A stretch of DNA of 56,409 nt from a virus (IMGVR_UViG_3300023105_000040:1-56409); one strand, 5' to 3'. Positions 30,147 through 38,983 are shown, counted from the first letter of the stretch. Numbers and translations are program-made. Notes: generated by a model not told the origin, from the sequence alone.

Positions 30147-31801
30147 AGATTAAAAACCTCTGCCCTCTTTGCTTCCCATAGATTTATATTGTTTCTTTTG
30201 TTCACCAGTTGTTCGTGTGCGTATTTTATTGTGAACGGTTGATTTTCAATTTTTTTAGATAGAGATACAACTGAATCATCTTCATTAAAAAAAGAACCTA
30301 TAATTGGCGATGTACTAAATCCATATGTAAGATTATTTAAGATACTGTCATATTCGTAATTGTATTTGTCTTGTGGCTTGCATAAAGCTTTATCAAAAAG
30401 CCAGTTTACCACATCTGGGTATGAGACGTTGTTAAGCTCTTCTGGAATTTTATGTGCTGGCTTTTGTATATCTGCTGGAGATTTCCAAGATTTTTCCAGA
30501 CTTAAAGTTTCAACTGAGTCAAAATATGATTCCCAAACCTTACCGCTTATGTCCCATTGGAAATACTTCAAAAAGTTTTGCCGTGTTTCAAATCCTTCTT
30601 TCTTTCTCATAGCTAATGGTTTTGAGAAAAATTCAGAAAACATTTTAGCAGCAGCATCATTGTCTGGCACTGCTCTTTCACATCCAGTTTCCATTTCTTT
30701 ATAAAGAGACTTATAAGGTATAGCGTACCCATTTAGTTTTTTAATAACGCTGGACATAGCCGAGTAGTCTATACTCATAACGGGGATTCCACACGAAGCT
30801 GCTTCTACCTGTGGTAATCCAAAACCCTCTGAGTTTGCATATTGAACATATAAATCAAAACAATTCATAATTTTTGCTAAATCGGGATAAGATAGTCCGT
30901 TTTTAACATTAGACAGTTTAGCGGAAAATTTACCAGTAAATGGAGATCTGGTTACTGCCCCATTAAAGTGTGAGGCAAAAAATCTACCAGTTTCTAGACA
31001 TACGTATGTAAATAAAACGTATGAGTGCAGAGAATGCTCTGATAATATCTCTGGCAAATCCCACCCAGCGTCTGGATAGCTGGTGTGGCAATATAGCTTA
31101 TATTCATTAGGGTTGCTTGATGAGTCTAAAAACTTTCTAAAAGCCTTAAAAAGATCTGGATAAAGTTTTCTTCTTTGGTTTCTCATTACCGTTCCAATAA
31201 TTTTGATATTAGGATCGATACCCAAGCTTTCCCTTAAGGACTCTTTGTTTTCTATTGGCTCATACGACAAGTCTGCCGAAGGGGGTGCGGTTCCTATGTA
31301 ATTTATTTTATTTCTTGACTGCTTTTTAAGCACTTCTCCAGACCAGTCTGAATAACTGAGGCAGGCATCTGCCGTACTATACATACTAATCCACTCTTTT
31401 GCTTGTGGGTATGCGTCCACCGTTGGCATTAATGCCCACTTAAAGAATTTTCTAAAAGGGGAATTATAAACAAAGTCTGTCATCCAAAAATCTCTAATAT
31501 CACACACAATGTCGGGCAAGAATTCTAGACATACCCTCTCAAAAGCAAAGCCTCCAAACTGACTCTTGGGATTACCTTTGTATAGCTTGGTTAGTTCTTG
31601 ATTCGAAGGGTCTGGCATAACACCAAAAAACTTCCAAGGAGCTTTTGATCTTGGATCTTTGTCCATACCGTAAGCAGCTAATTCTGCTATTTCATATTTG
31701 CCAGTACTATACAAATATTTAAGTATTTCCCTCGTATAGGTGGCATACCCAGTATTAAGAAATGTAGCTTCAGAACAGAATAATATCCTAGTTTTTCTCA
31801 T
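30143..31801 (-). CDS. Glycosyltransferase, GT4 (GT-B) with C-terminal extension
   Basis: TGYATY, MRNQRRKLYPDL, DLYVQYANSEGFGLPQVEAASCGIPV. Confidence 0.9.
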   Translation of the reverse strand: MRKTRILFCSEATFLNTGYATYTREILKYLYSTGKYEIAELAAYGMDKDPRSKAPWKFFGVMPDPSNQELTKLYKGNPKSQFGGFAFERVCLEFLPDIVCDIRDFWMTDFVYNSPFRKFFKWALMPTVDAYPQAKEWISMYSTADACLSYSDWSGEVLKKQSRNKINYIGTAPPSADLSYEPIENKESLRESLGIDPNIKIIGTVMRNQRRKLYPDLFKAFRKFLDSSSNPNEYKLYCHTSYPDAGWDLPEILSEHSLHSYVLFTYVCLETGRFFASHFNGAVTRSPFTGKFSAKLSNVKNGLSYPDLAKIMNCFDLYVQYANSEGFGLPQVEAASCGIPVMSIDYSAMSSVIKKLNGYAIPYKSLYKEMETGCERAVPDNDAAAKMFSEFFSKPLAMRKKEGFETRQNFLKYFQWDISGKVWESYFDSVETLSLEKSWKSPADIQKPAHKIPEELNNVSYPDVVNWLFDKALCKPQDKYNYEYDSILNNLTYGFSTSPIIGSFFNEDDSVVSLSKKIENQPFTIKYAHEQLVNKRNNINLWEAKRAEVFNL

Positions 31802-32442
31802 TTTGTTAAAAATCCCAATCCTCTTGTGTAATTTTCATATCTTGACATAGCTATTACCCTCCCTTGGTAAATGCAAGCATATTTACTGCCAAGGCTTACT
31901 TCTTGCGCTAGCTGTATATTTATGTTGCCTGCTTGATACTGACCCATTCTCAATTCTTGTTTATTCATGAGTTTGCTTACATTTTTATACATGTCTTCTG
32001 TCGTGTAATAAAATTCATGCTGTGCGGTTTCTGGCTTCATTATGTCTTTAATGCACTCATAAACAATCTCATTGTCCTTTTCGGTATACAACAATGCCTG
32101 AAAAATCATAGGACCAATAGCAGATATCACACTAAAAAAATTTAAGTCTTTTATGACATATGAGGAAATCGGCACTTTGTGTTCAATATCAATATCGCAG
32201 TAATATCCACCTCTTTTAAGAAGATAGCAGTACCTGAAAAAATCCCCCTTAGTGCAACCTCTTCTTAGAGTATGGAAGAAATCTACATAAGACTGATCAT
32301 ACTCTCTTTTTAAGAACCTTATAACATCTTCGTCTGAAAAAAATAAAACATCCTTTTCGGGATTTAATTTTTTAATATTGCTTATTATATAGCTGGGTAT
32401 TTTATTGTTTTTGTAAGTCAAGATGATATTATTTGGAATCAT
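31798..32442 (-). CDS. Glycosyltransferase, GT32/Och1-like (DXD sugar-binding)
   Basis: MIPNNIILTY...FFSDEDVIRFL...KGDFFRYCYLLKRGGYYCDID. Confidence 0.88.
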   Translation of the reverse strand: MIPNNIILTYKNNKIPSYIISNIKKLNPEKDVLFFSDEDVIRFLKREYDQSYVDFFHTLRRGCTKGDFFRYCYLLKRGGYYCDIDIEHKVPISSYVIKDLNFFSVISAIGPMIFQALLYTEKDNEIVYECIKDIMKPETAQHEFYYTTEDMYKNVSKLMNKQELRMGQYQAGNINIQLAQEVSLGSKYACIYQGRVIAMSRYENYTRGLGFLTK

Positions 32443-32759
32443 TAATAATCTTCTTCTCCTTGATTACATATGTCAAATTCGTTGACTCTAAATATTAATT
32501 CTTCATCGTCTTTAGATCTGTGCTTTACAGAGGCGTGAATGGTTATCTTACTGCCCTTCCTTGTATTTCTTTCTATTATTTCTGCCCCAGTGTGCCACGC
32601 TTCGCATTGTATGTACGTTGGTATTCTATTTTTTTCTCCTGTCTTTTTTGTTTTTCTGTAGCTATAAACAACCATTACAAATTCAGACAGTAAAACATCG
32701 CCAACGAAATTAGTCCTTGGATTTTCAACTAAATATCCAGTAAAGCAACAGTGATTCAT
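32442..32759 (-). CDS. ssb: Single-stranded DNA-binding protein
   Basis: MNHCCFTGYLVENP...YIQCEAWHTGAEII...KGSKITI OB-fold pattern with a short acidic tail; RBS AGGAG. Confidence 0.85.
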   Translation of the reverse strand: MNHCCFTGYLVENPRTNFVGDVLLSEFVMVVYSYRKTKKTGEKNRIPTYIQCEAWHTGAEIIERNTRKGSKITIHASVKHRSKDDEELIFRVNEFDICNQGEEDY

Positions 32760-32777
32760 AATATCTCCTATCGTAGT

Positions 32778-32806
32778 ATATTAGCTGCTACACCATAAAA
32801 AAACAA
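32778..32806 (-). promoter_or_regulatory. Candidate sigma70-type promoter for the ssb/glycosyltransferase operon
   Basis: TTGTTT-N17-TAATAT on the minus strand in the 47-bp gap upstream of ssb. Confidence 0.4.
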
Positions 32807-34372
32807 CTAAACTTCGTGAATTTTCTCAATAATAAAAGACGAGTCGTTTTTGGATACAGACCCGCATAGAATTAAATTATTTCCCTCATATAAAATGTAT
32901 TTATATTTTTGTTTTGTTTTTGGGAATGCTATCACGCTGTCTAGTACGCATGTGTCGTCTTCTATGGTTAAAAACGACATCGTTTGTCCTTTCGAGTCTC
33001 CCTTGCTTATTTTATAATCTGACACTCGCTGTATGTTGGCTACCACGCACAAGTTTTGCCCGTGTTTTCCGTTGACTATTTCTTTACAAGTTGTATTAGC
33101 AGCAGATGTGTCTGAAACATCTATTTTCGACAACGTTACTGGGCAGCCCAAAAACTTTACTTCTTGGTCAATTAACCAAGTGGGTTCATCTTCCAAGCTG
33201 TATGGTGGATTTTCTAACAAGTTAATTTCATTGCTGATAATTTGCTTTCTTTCTTGCTTGCTAGTTCCTCCACCCTCTTTCTTTGTTGGAGCTAAATCTA
33301 TAAGTGCGGATGTAAAATTTTTCCACTTTTTACTTTCATAGTTAGTGGCAAGCCATTTCTTTTCTGCTTGAGTTAAAACTCTGTATATTTCGTAATCGTA
33401 TAGAGCCTTATTTCTTGTTACCTTGCCATTAAAGTCTCTAAAGAAACCTATAGATGCCAGAGCTTTAAAGGCTGTAGAATTAATACGAGAAGAGAAAAAC
33501 AACAGCAATTCCAGCCATGAAAACTTGGTTATTTTTTTATCCAGTTCTAATTCTGACTGTGATATTGCGCTTAGTACAGAATCTCCGGTTTTCCCAGTTA
33601 GAGATTTAATATCCTTGATACCAAAGTAGATTTTATGTTTTTTTGTATTAAATTTTTCCTGATAATTAGCAATGCTTGGCGTTTTGGTTTGAATTTCAAA
33701 AAGCTTTGCTTCTGACACTAATTCATATATCTCTTGGTGTGGATCTTGCTTCTCGTTGGCGTAATACAAATAAGATAGAAAAAACTCTTCTGGGTTGTGA
33801 GCTTTCTGATAAGCACTCCAGTAAGAACACACGGCATATGATATGCTATGAGACTTATTAAAAGCGTATCGAGATGAAGCCTGAATCCACCCAAAGATTT
33901 GTTCTGCTTCTTCCTTTGTTACAATCTTAGTCTTCTTAGCCCCAGCTATAAACTTTTTCTTAACCTTTGCCATAAGGTCAGCCTTCTTTTTACCAATTGC
34001 CTTACGAAGCTCATCAGCCTCCTGTAGATCGAAGCCAGCGATCTTTTGGGCGATACGCATAGACTGCTCTTGATAGACCAGAACGCCATAGGTGGGAGCT
34101 AGGATTTCCTCTAATGCTTCATGTAAATATGTTACTTCTTCACGACCATGCTTACGGTCAATGAAGTGCTGTGTCATAGACTTGCCATCAACATAAGCTT
34201 TGAGGCATCCCGGCCTAATGATTGCAATCAATGCAGACAGTTCTTCAATATTACTTGGGGCAAGTTTCTTTGACCAAGATTTACCAAGGTTGCTTTCTAG
34301 CTGAAAAATACCTTTAGTTTTGCCGTCTGCAAACAGTTGCCAAGTTTTATTGTCATTATATTCCATCATCAT
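32807..34372 (-). CDS. dnaE: DNA polymerase III alpha (DnaE), C-terminal half (fingers, HhH, OB)
   Basis: TKGIFQLES...IAIIRPG, TYGVLVYQEQSM, ADELRKAIGKKK, RYAFNKSHSISYA; OB domain GQTMSFLTIEDDT. Confidence 0.93.
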   Translation of the reverse strand: MMMEYNDNKTWQLFADGKTKGIFQLESNLGKSWSKKLAPSNIEELSALIAIIRPGCLKAYVDGKSMTQHFIDRKHGREEVTYLHEALEEILAPTYGVLVYQEQSMRIAQKIAGFDLQEADELRKAIGKKKADLMAKVKKKFIAGAKKTKIVTKEEAEQIFGWIQASSRYAFNKSHSISYAVCSYWSAYQKAHNPEEFFLSYLYYANEKQDPHQEIYELVSEAKLFEIQTKTPSIANYQEKFNTKKHKIYFGIKDIKSLTGKTGDSVLSAISQSELELDKKITKFSWLELLLFFSSRINSTAFKALASIGFFRDFNGKVTRNKALYDYEIYRVLTQAEKKWLATNYESKKWKNFTSALIDLAPTKKEGGGTSKQERKQIISNEINLLENPPYSLEDEPTWLIDQEVKFLGCPVTLSKIDVSDTSAANTTCKEIVNGKHGQNLCVVANIQRVSDYKISKGDSKGQTMSFLTIEDDTCVLDSVIAFPKTKQKYKYILYEGNNLILCGSVSKNDSSFIIEKIHEV

Positions 34373-34892
34373 ATTCTTGATTCTTAGTTAAACATAACTC
34401 TTCAAACGTTTTACATCTAAATTGTTCAAATTTAGGTATAGCATCTTCTTCGGTCTTGTAGCCGTAGCTTATTGAACCCTGTTTATTTGTAGGGTGTATA
34501 CTTACCATTTTAATCCAATCTTTCTTAGGTAATGCGTAATACATTACATTTTGTTTTATTGAGTTGTATACAACTACTCTTAGGGTTCCACGTTTTTCTT
34601 TTCCTCCGTGCGAAACAACCCTATCAACTAATCCTCTTTTTCTATTATTTATAGTAGAAGACTTACAATCGCTTCCGTCACTAAAGTCCATGTGGTGACA
34701 GTCTATTCTTTCGTACCCACCAACGTGTGACATCGCCTCTTCTAAAAGAAGAGAAACATCAAACCATTCTGGATTAATTTTTTCGATATTAACAGCTTCT
34801 GCAAAAGATGGATGATAAGGTATGATAACTTCCTTTATCAATAACTGCTTTTTTGTTTGTGTCAATGAGCTATTTAATATAGAGATTTCCAT
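34356..34892 (-). CDS. Hypothetical protein, putative PD-(D/E)xK endonuclease
   Basis: LLEEAM...HMDFSDGSDCKSST resembles E...D-x(n)-D-x-K. Overlaps both neighbours; ATG start taken at 34892. Confidence 0.4.
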   Translation of the reverse strand: MEISILNSSLTQTKKQLLIKEVIIPYHPSFAEAVNIEKINPEWFDVSLLLEEAMSHVGGYERIDCHHMDFSDGSDCKSSTINNRKRGLVDRVVSHGGKEKRGTLRVVVYNSIKQNVMYYALPKKDWIKMVSIHPTNKQGSISYGYKTEEDAIPKFEQFRCKTFEELCLTKNQEYDDGI

Positions 34893-35550
34893 TAGCAAAT
34901 GCCTTTTCAAATTCAATGTTTTGGTAAACAGCCCTATGCGTTTTCAGAAGCTTTATGAATATGTTAGCAGTGTCCTTAACGTCTTGCAATGCGTCGTGAG
35001 CGTTTTCTGAAGACAGCCCCATACGTTCACGTAAAGAATCCATGCTAATTGATTTAACGCTAGGATCACCCTCAGTCCACAAGAACACATTGTCCATAAG
35101 ATCTACTTTGTAAACCTTGCTAAATAGTTTTTGTTGACTACGATTACTATCCCATTGGCCGTATTGCTTGCAAAGCCTGTTGATAATAATCATATCAAAG
35201 CCGATAATGTTATATCCTACAGGTATCGGAGCAAAGAATGGTTCCCCCTTCCAGTTGTATTGATCAACAAACTTTGTAAACTTATTCCAAACAGATTTTA
35301 AAGCTGGTGCTTTAGCTAGTCCCTCTCTGGTTTTGCCAGTGACTTTTAATGCTCCTTCTTCAATTGGATCTATTCCAGCAGCAATTGCTTCATCGTCATC
35401 AAGAATAGGTTTAATTTCACTATTAAAAGTTCCCTTAAGTGTTAAGCTTCTTCCGTCAAGAGCTACTGCCGCTATCTGCGTCGGCTGTGTTTTATGAGGA
35501 TTGCGAGATCCTGTCTCAAAGTCAAATACAATATAATCCCTATTAGCCAT
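34870..35550 (-). CDS. DEDDh 3'-5' exonuclease (DnaQ/epsilon-like)
   Basis: ExoI VFDFETG, ExoII GYNIIGFD, ExoIII HDALQDV; GGAG RBS inside the end of dnaE-N. Confidence 0.9.
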   Translation of the reverse strand: MANRDYIVFDFETGSRNPHKTQPTQIAAVALDGRSLTLKGTFNSEIKPILDDDEAIAAGIDPIEEGALKVTGKTREGLAKAPALKSVWNKFTKFVDQYNWKGEPFFAPIPVGYNIIGFDMIIINRLCKQYGQWDSNRSQQKLFSKVYKVDLMDNVFLWTEGDPSVKSISMDSLRERMGLSSENAHDALQDVKDTANIFIKLLKTHRAVYQNIEFEKAFANGNLYIK

Positions 35551-37102
35551 TCTTTATCTCCTGTATTTTCATTAGTTTATCTAGGAGATTAATTCCTAGA
35601 ACGTCAAATTTTACATGACCTAGAGCCTCTAAGTCGGACATTTCCAATCCTGCAATCTTTTCTGACGATCCTTTCTGCTTAACCATTGGACATACTTTAT
35701 GTAGCGGATCTTTCGATATGACCACGCCTGCGGCGTGTTTACCTTGTGTTTTAAAAGTTCCTTCAATGTCTATAGCTTGCTGGAAATATTGCGCGTAATC
35801 GCCTTCCAGTTTTCCATTTTCCAGAATGTGGCAAAAATCTCTCAACTCGTCAGCACGATTCAATAATGACCAACGAATAATAGATCTATCTTCATCATCC
35901 ATGTCTGCAAGTTGATCAGAAATATCTGCTTCGTTTGGTATACTCTTTGTTATAGCGTTCATCTCGCCAAAAGAACACGCATCATTTATACGCAGCACTT
36001 CTTTTATTGCGCTTCGCCCTTGCAGTCTACCGAATGTAATCATTTGGCTCACATGGTCTTTGCCGTACTTGTCCTTGAGATAATCTATAACATCATCACG
36101 CCTCTTACCCGGAACGTCCATATCAATATCTGGTAGAGATACATGACCATCAGTGTTTCGTCCAGCGTTGTAAAATCTTTCAAACAGCAAGTCGTATTCT
36201 ACTGGGTCAATCTTTGTGATACCAATTAAGTATGATATCAAGCATCCAGCCGCAGAACCTCTACCCGGACCAGCCAAGCACCCCATGTCATGTTCTACGT
36301 GCCTGATTATATCCTGCACAATGAGGAAATAACCAAATAGATTTGCATCTTTAATGACTTGTAGTTCTGAATTGAATCTATCTAGATATTTCTGCTTGTC
36401 TTCTGGTTTCTTTACTTTGCCAGTATCAATAAGGTGGCGTTTCCAACCTTCTCTAGCAAGAACTTTTAGATAATCTTCTTCGGATAGTCCGTTTGGACAA
36501 TCGAACTTAGGAAGCATGGGTGGACTGAGAATGTCATAATCCTCACACACCTCATAGACAAGTTGCAGTTCTTTTGTTACCGCAGCGGGCTGTATGCACT
36601 TGTCGTCGTGTGTAAAATACTCCGATACTGCTTTGTCCAGTTCGTTCTTGCGAAGCTGTTTTTGTATTTTAGGTAACGTGGTCTTTAACGCTGAACATAA
36701 TAATACTCTATGCAGATCTGCCTGCTTAGACTCAGCGTAGTAGCTTGGCTGAATATCTTTACTTGTAGCTATAAGATTGTCTCTCGACATAATCTCTTGA
36801 CAGAATTTTGTATTAACATTTCCATCTTCATCTAGAGATGACACAATTTCTATTAAGTCAAACCATCCATCTTTATTTCTAGCAAAGACTGTGGTGTTAT
36901 CAAAGGAGCATCCAAGGATTGGCTTAACGCCGACTTTCTTGCAAGCCTGAAAAAATGATACGCAACCAGATATAGATTTGTAATCTGCAATACCACATGC
37001 TGGATAATCATTATCAGCACAAATCTTTGCAAGTTCAGTTGGTTTTGAGAATCCTTTTAGCAAACTGTAATGTGTAAAATTACGCAAAGGGAACCAATTC
37101 AT
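35543..37102 (-). CDS. dnaE: DNA polymerase III alpha (DnaE), N-terminal half (degenerate PHP + palm/thumb)
   Basis: THYSLLKG, GPGRGSAAGCLISYLIGIT, LLFERF, SLPDIDMD, GKHAAGVVIS, VKFDVLG; RBS GAGGAG. Confidence 0.93.
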   Translation of the reverse strand: MNWFPLRNFTHYSLLKGFSKPTELAKICADNDYPACGIADYKSISGCVSFFQACKKVGVKPILGCSFDNTTVFARNKDGWFDLIEIVSSLDEDGNVNTKFCQEIMSRDNLIATSKDIQPSYYAESKQADLHRVLLCSALKTTLPKIQKQLRKNELDKAVSEYFTHDDKCIQPAAVTKELQLVYEVCEDYDILSPPMLPKFDCPNGLSEEDYLKVLAREGWKRHLIDTGKVKKPEDKQKYLDRFNSELQVIKDANLFGYFLIVQDIIRHVEHDMGCLAGPGRGSAAGCLISYLIGITKIDPVEYDLLFERFYNAGRNTDGHVSLPDIDMDVPGKRRDDVIDYLKDKYGKDHVSQMITFGRLQGRSAIKEVLRINDACSFGEMNAITKSIPNEADISDQLADMDDEDRSIIRWSLLNRADELRDFCHILENGKLEGDYAQYFQQAIDIEGTFKTQGKHAAGVVISKDPLHKVCPMVKQKGSSEKIAGLEMSDLEALGHVKFDVLGINLLDKLMKIQEIKNG

Positions 37103-37138
37103 TCAATCTCCTCACTCAAATTTTTGTACAACTAAGCT

Positions 37139-37167
37139 ATTATAGCTCATACAATCGTCTTACGCAA
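37139..37167 (-). promoter_or_regulatory. sigma70-type promoter upstream of dnaE-N
   Basis: TTGCGT (37167-37162) - 17 bp - TATAAT (37144-37139) on the minus strand, intergenic. Confidence 0.7.
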
Positions 37168-37222
37168 CTATTTTGGAGGCATGGGCTGCTTTTTAGGTTC
37201 TTTATCACTAAGCCTTGGACCA

Positions 37223-37471
37223 TTACTCATTGGTATTATGGTTAATTTTGCCATTTTTAATTTCTTCTTCATGGTCAACAAAATCAATTTCCAACTTATG
37301 AACCAGCTTACTGCCAGCATGTCTGTAAAAACATGGCAATATTCCATGTATGCATAAATAAATTCCGGCCCTAATACATCCAAGGCCATGACCAACCGCA
37401 AACACAAAGTGTTCACAGTAGGTCATGTTATTTTTAGAAAGATGTTCTTTCCATTTTTTTGTTAGAGTCAT
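37223..37471 (-). CDS. Small protein resembling the DUF6356 family
   Basis: EHL...MTYCEHFVFAV...AG...IHGILPCFY...GSKLV pattern. Confidence 0.6.
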   Translation of the reverse strand: MTLTKKWKEHLSKNNMTYCEHFVFAVGHGLGCIRAGIYLCIHGILPCFYRHAGSKLVHKLEIDFVDHEEEIKNGKINHNTNE

Positions 37472-37474
37472 ATA

Positions 37475-38110
37475 TCACCAAGCGCGACACGACCAATAAC
37501 GAGCTTTCCATTTTGGACCCGGATTGTCACAGTTGTGTCTAGCGCGAAAACTTTTTCGTCTAGCCGGATTATCCTTCTTGATTTCCATATTAGGATCACC
37601 AAAGTTTACTTTAACTACATTACCTTTGTCGTTCTTGACGTACACACTCATTTTCTTTGGTCCGTCCGGGGTTCTAAATGGCTTATTTAGTTTTACTTTG
37701 CGACCTTGATATTCTACCGACTGAGCTTTTTTCCAAGCTTCTGGGTCAGGTCTATCTTTATCGCCCTTCTTGGCTGGCTTGTAGTTTTTGCCTTCACGTT
37801 CTTTCTTTTTGCGAATATTTTCCCAAAGGGAGGCAGCGTCGTATTCTTCTACTTCTTCTCCAAATTCTTCATAGTCAGCCTCTGACGGTATGTAGAAATT
37901 TTCTTTTGTAATTTCTTCTTCGTATCCATATTCATTGAAGTAAAGCTCAAAATCAGCCTGAGCAACCATGTTTAAATCTTCTGACGCTTTGCTTAAGCAT
38001 ATAGAAGTTCTTTGTTTTGGTGCATATTCTTTTTTCATTGTTTCGTCGCTCATGCACCTAGACAAAAACTCGTTTCTTTCTTCTCCATTTTTTTTATTTG
38101 GAATTGGCAT
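37475..38110 (-). CDS. Modular basic phage protein (DUF6321/DUF5754-like C-terminal domain)
   Basis: C-terminal KKMSVYVK...VNFGDPNM...RRKSFRARHNC...ARYWSCRAW. Start MPIPNKK follows a GGAG RBS. Confidence 0.65.
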   Translation of the reverse strand: MPIPNKKNGEERNEFLSRCMSDETMKKEYAPKQRTSICLSKASEDLNMVAQADFELYFNEYGYEEEITKENFYIPSEADYEEFGEEVEEYDAASLWENIRKKKEREGKNYKPAKKGDKDRPDPEAWKKAQSVEYQGRKVKLNKPFRTPDGPKKMSVYVKNDKGNVVKVNFGDPNMEIKKDNPARRKSFRARHNCDNPGPKWKARYWSCRAW

Positions 38111-38969
38111 TTTGTTCTCCATTGGTTTTTATAGCCTGTTTTAGTATCATGTTTAATCTTCTTTCAGGTATTCTAGTCTTAAAATATTCATATATTTCTT
38201 TAATCATGGGGTGTTCTGGATCTTGTTTAAGCTCCATCCAGCCCAAGAAATAATTCCATATCCTATCTTCTAAAGACAGTTTATAAGGAACTCCATCGGG
38301 CCTTCCAAATCTATGTAGCCATTTAAACTCAGGCAAGCATATTGCCTTGCCTCCATTTTGCCTAAATTTTTCATGTATATATCCCTCTTCTCCTCCGAAT
38401 CCTCTGAATTCATTATTGAAACCTAGCCAGTTTTTTGTTTCACATGAAAAAGTTCCAAGACCCATCATAGGAATCTCAAAGGGCTTTCCCGACTTCATGC
38501 CCTCTTCGTCCTTTGCCCACTGTCCATACATGTCTCCACCCCAAGTTGGCTTAAAATGCGTGGAAAAACCTACATGATTATCATACATCATGGGTCCAGA
38601 TACAATGTTTTTGCAATCTGGATTTTTCTCATAATAATTCATTAAAGCATCTATACTACCAATGGGAAACAATACATGGCAATCCATTGAGATGCAATAT
38701 TTGCCTTGTGCGTTTTTAAAGATTTGATTTCTGGATGCTGTTGTCGTTTTTTCAGTATATGGTATATACTTTACCTTGTCCTTTAGCCAGCCTCCTACAA
38801 CAGATTGTAGCTGTTTTCCATGCCTTCCTGATGGATTGTTATCAATAATGATTATTTCTGTTGTGGGTTCTCTGGCAATTTTGTGATATAGCAATAATGA
38901 TTGTATGCTAAAGTACACGCCGTGGTAATCATCATATGTGGCCATTCCAATAGTTAGTTTTTTGTCCAT
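38094..38969 (-). CDS. Glycosyltransferase, GT2 (GT-A)
   Basis: LTIGMATYDD...EIIIIDNN...SRNQIFKNAQGKYCISMDCHV...FRGFGGEE. Confidence 0.85.
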   Translation of the reverse strand: MDKKLTIGMATYDDYHGVYFSIQSLLLYHKIAREPTTEIIIIDNNPSGRHGKQLQSVVGGWLKDKVKYIPYTEKTTTASRNQIFKNAQGKYCISMDCHVLFPIGSIDALMNYYEKNPDCKNIVSGPMMYDNHVGFSTHFKPTWGGDMYGQWAKDEEGMKSGKPFEIPMMGLGTFSCETKNWLGFNNEFRGFGGEEGYIHEKFRQNGGKAICLPEFKWLHRFGRPDGVPYKLSLEDRIWNYFLGWMELKQDPEHPMIKEIYEYFKTRIPERRLNMILKQAIKTNGEQNANSK

Positions 38970-38983
38970 ATATTCCTCTTTTC

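Noticed and set aside
34373-35557. dnaE-N and dnaE-C are in the same frame (1170-nt gap) and both junctions read I-K-N (ATA AAG AAT / ATC AAG AAT), hinting at splicing or ribosomal bypass
   Set aside because: Same frame occurs by chance one time in three and AAGAAT is common in AT-rich DNA. The gap is fully occupied by coding genes with no visible intron core, and the joined linker would be shorter than in typical DnaE. RT-PCR would settle it.
32807-37102. Split intein in DnaE
   Set aside because: No C/S-initiated intein N-block after KFDVLG and no HN-C/S/T motif at the start of dnaE-C.
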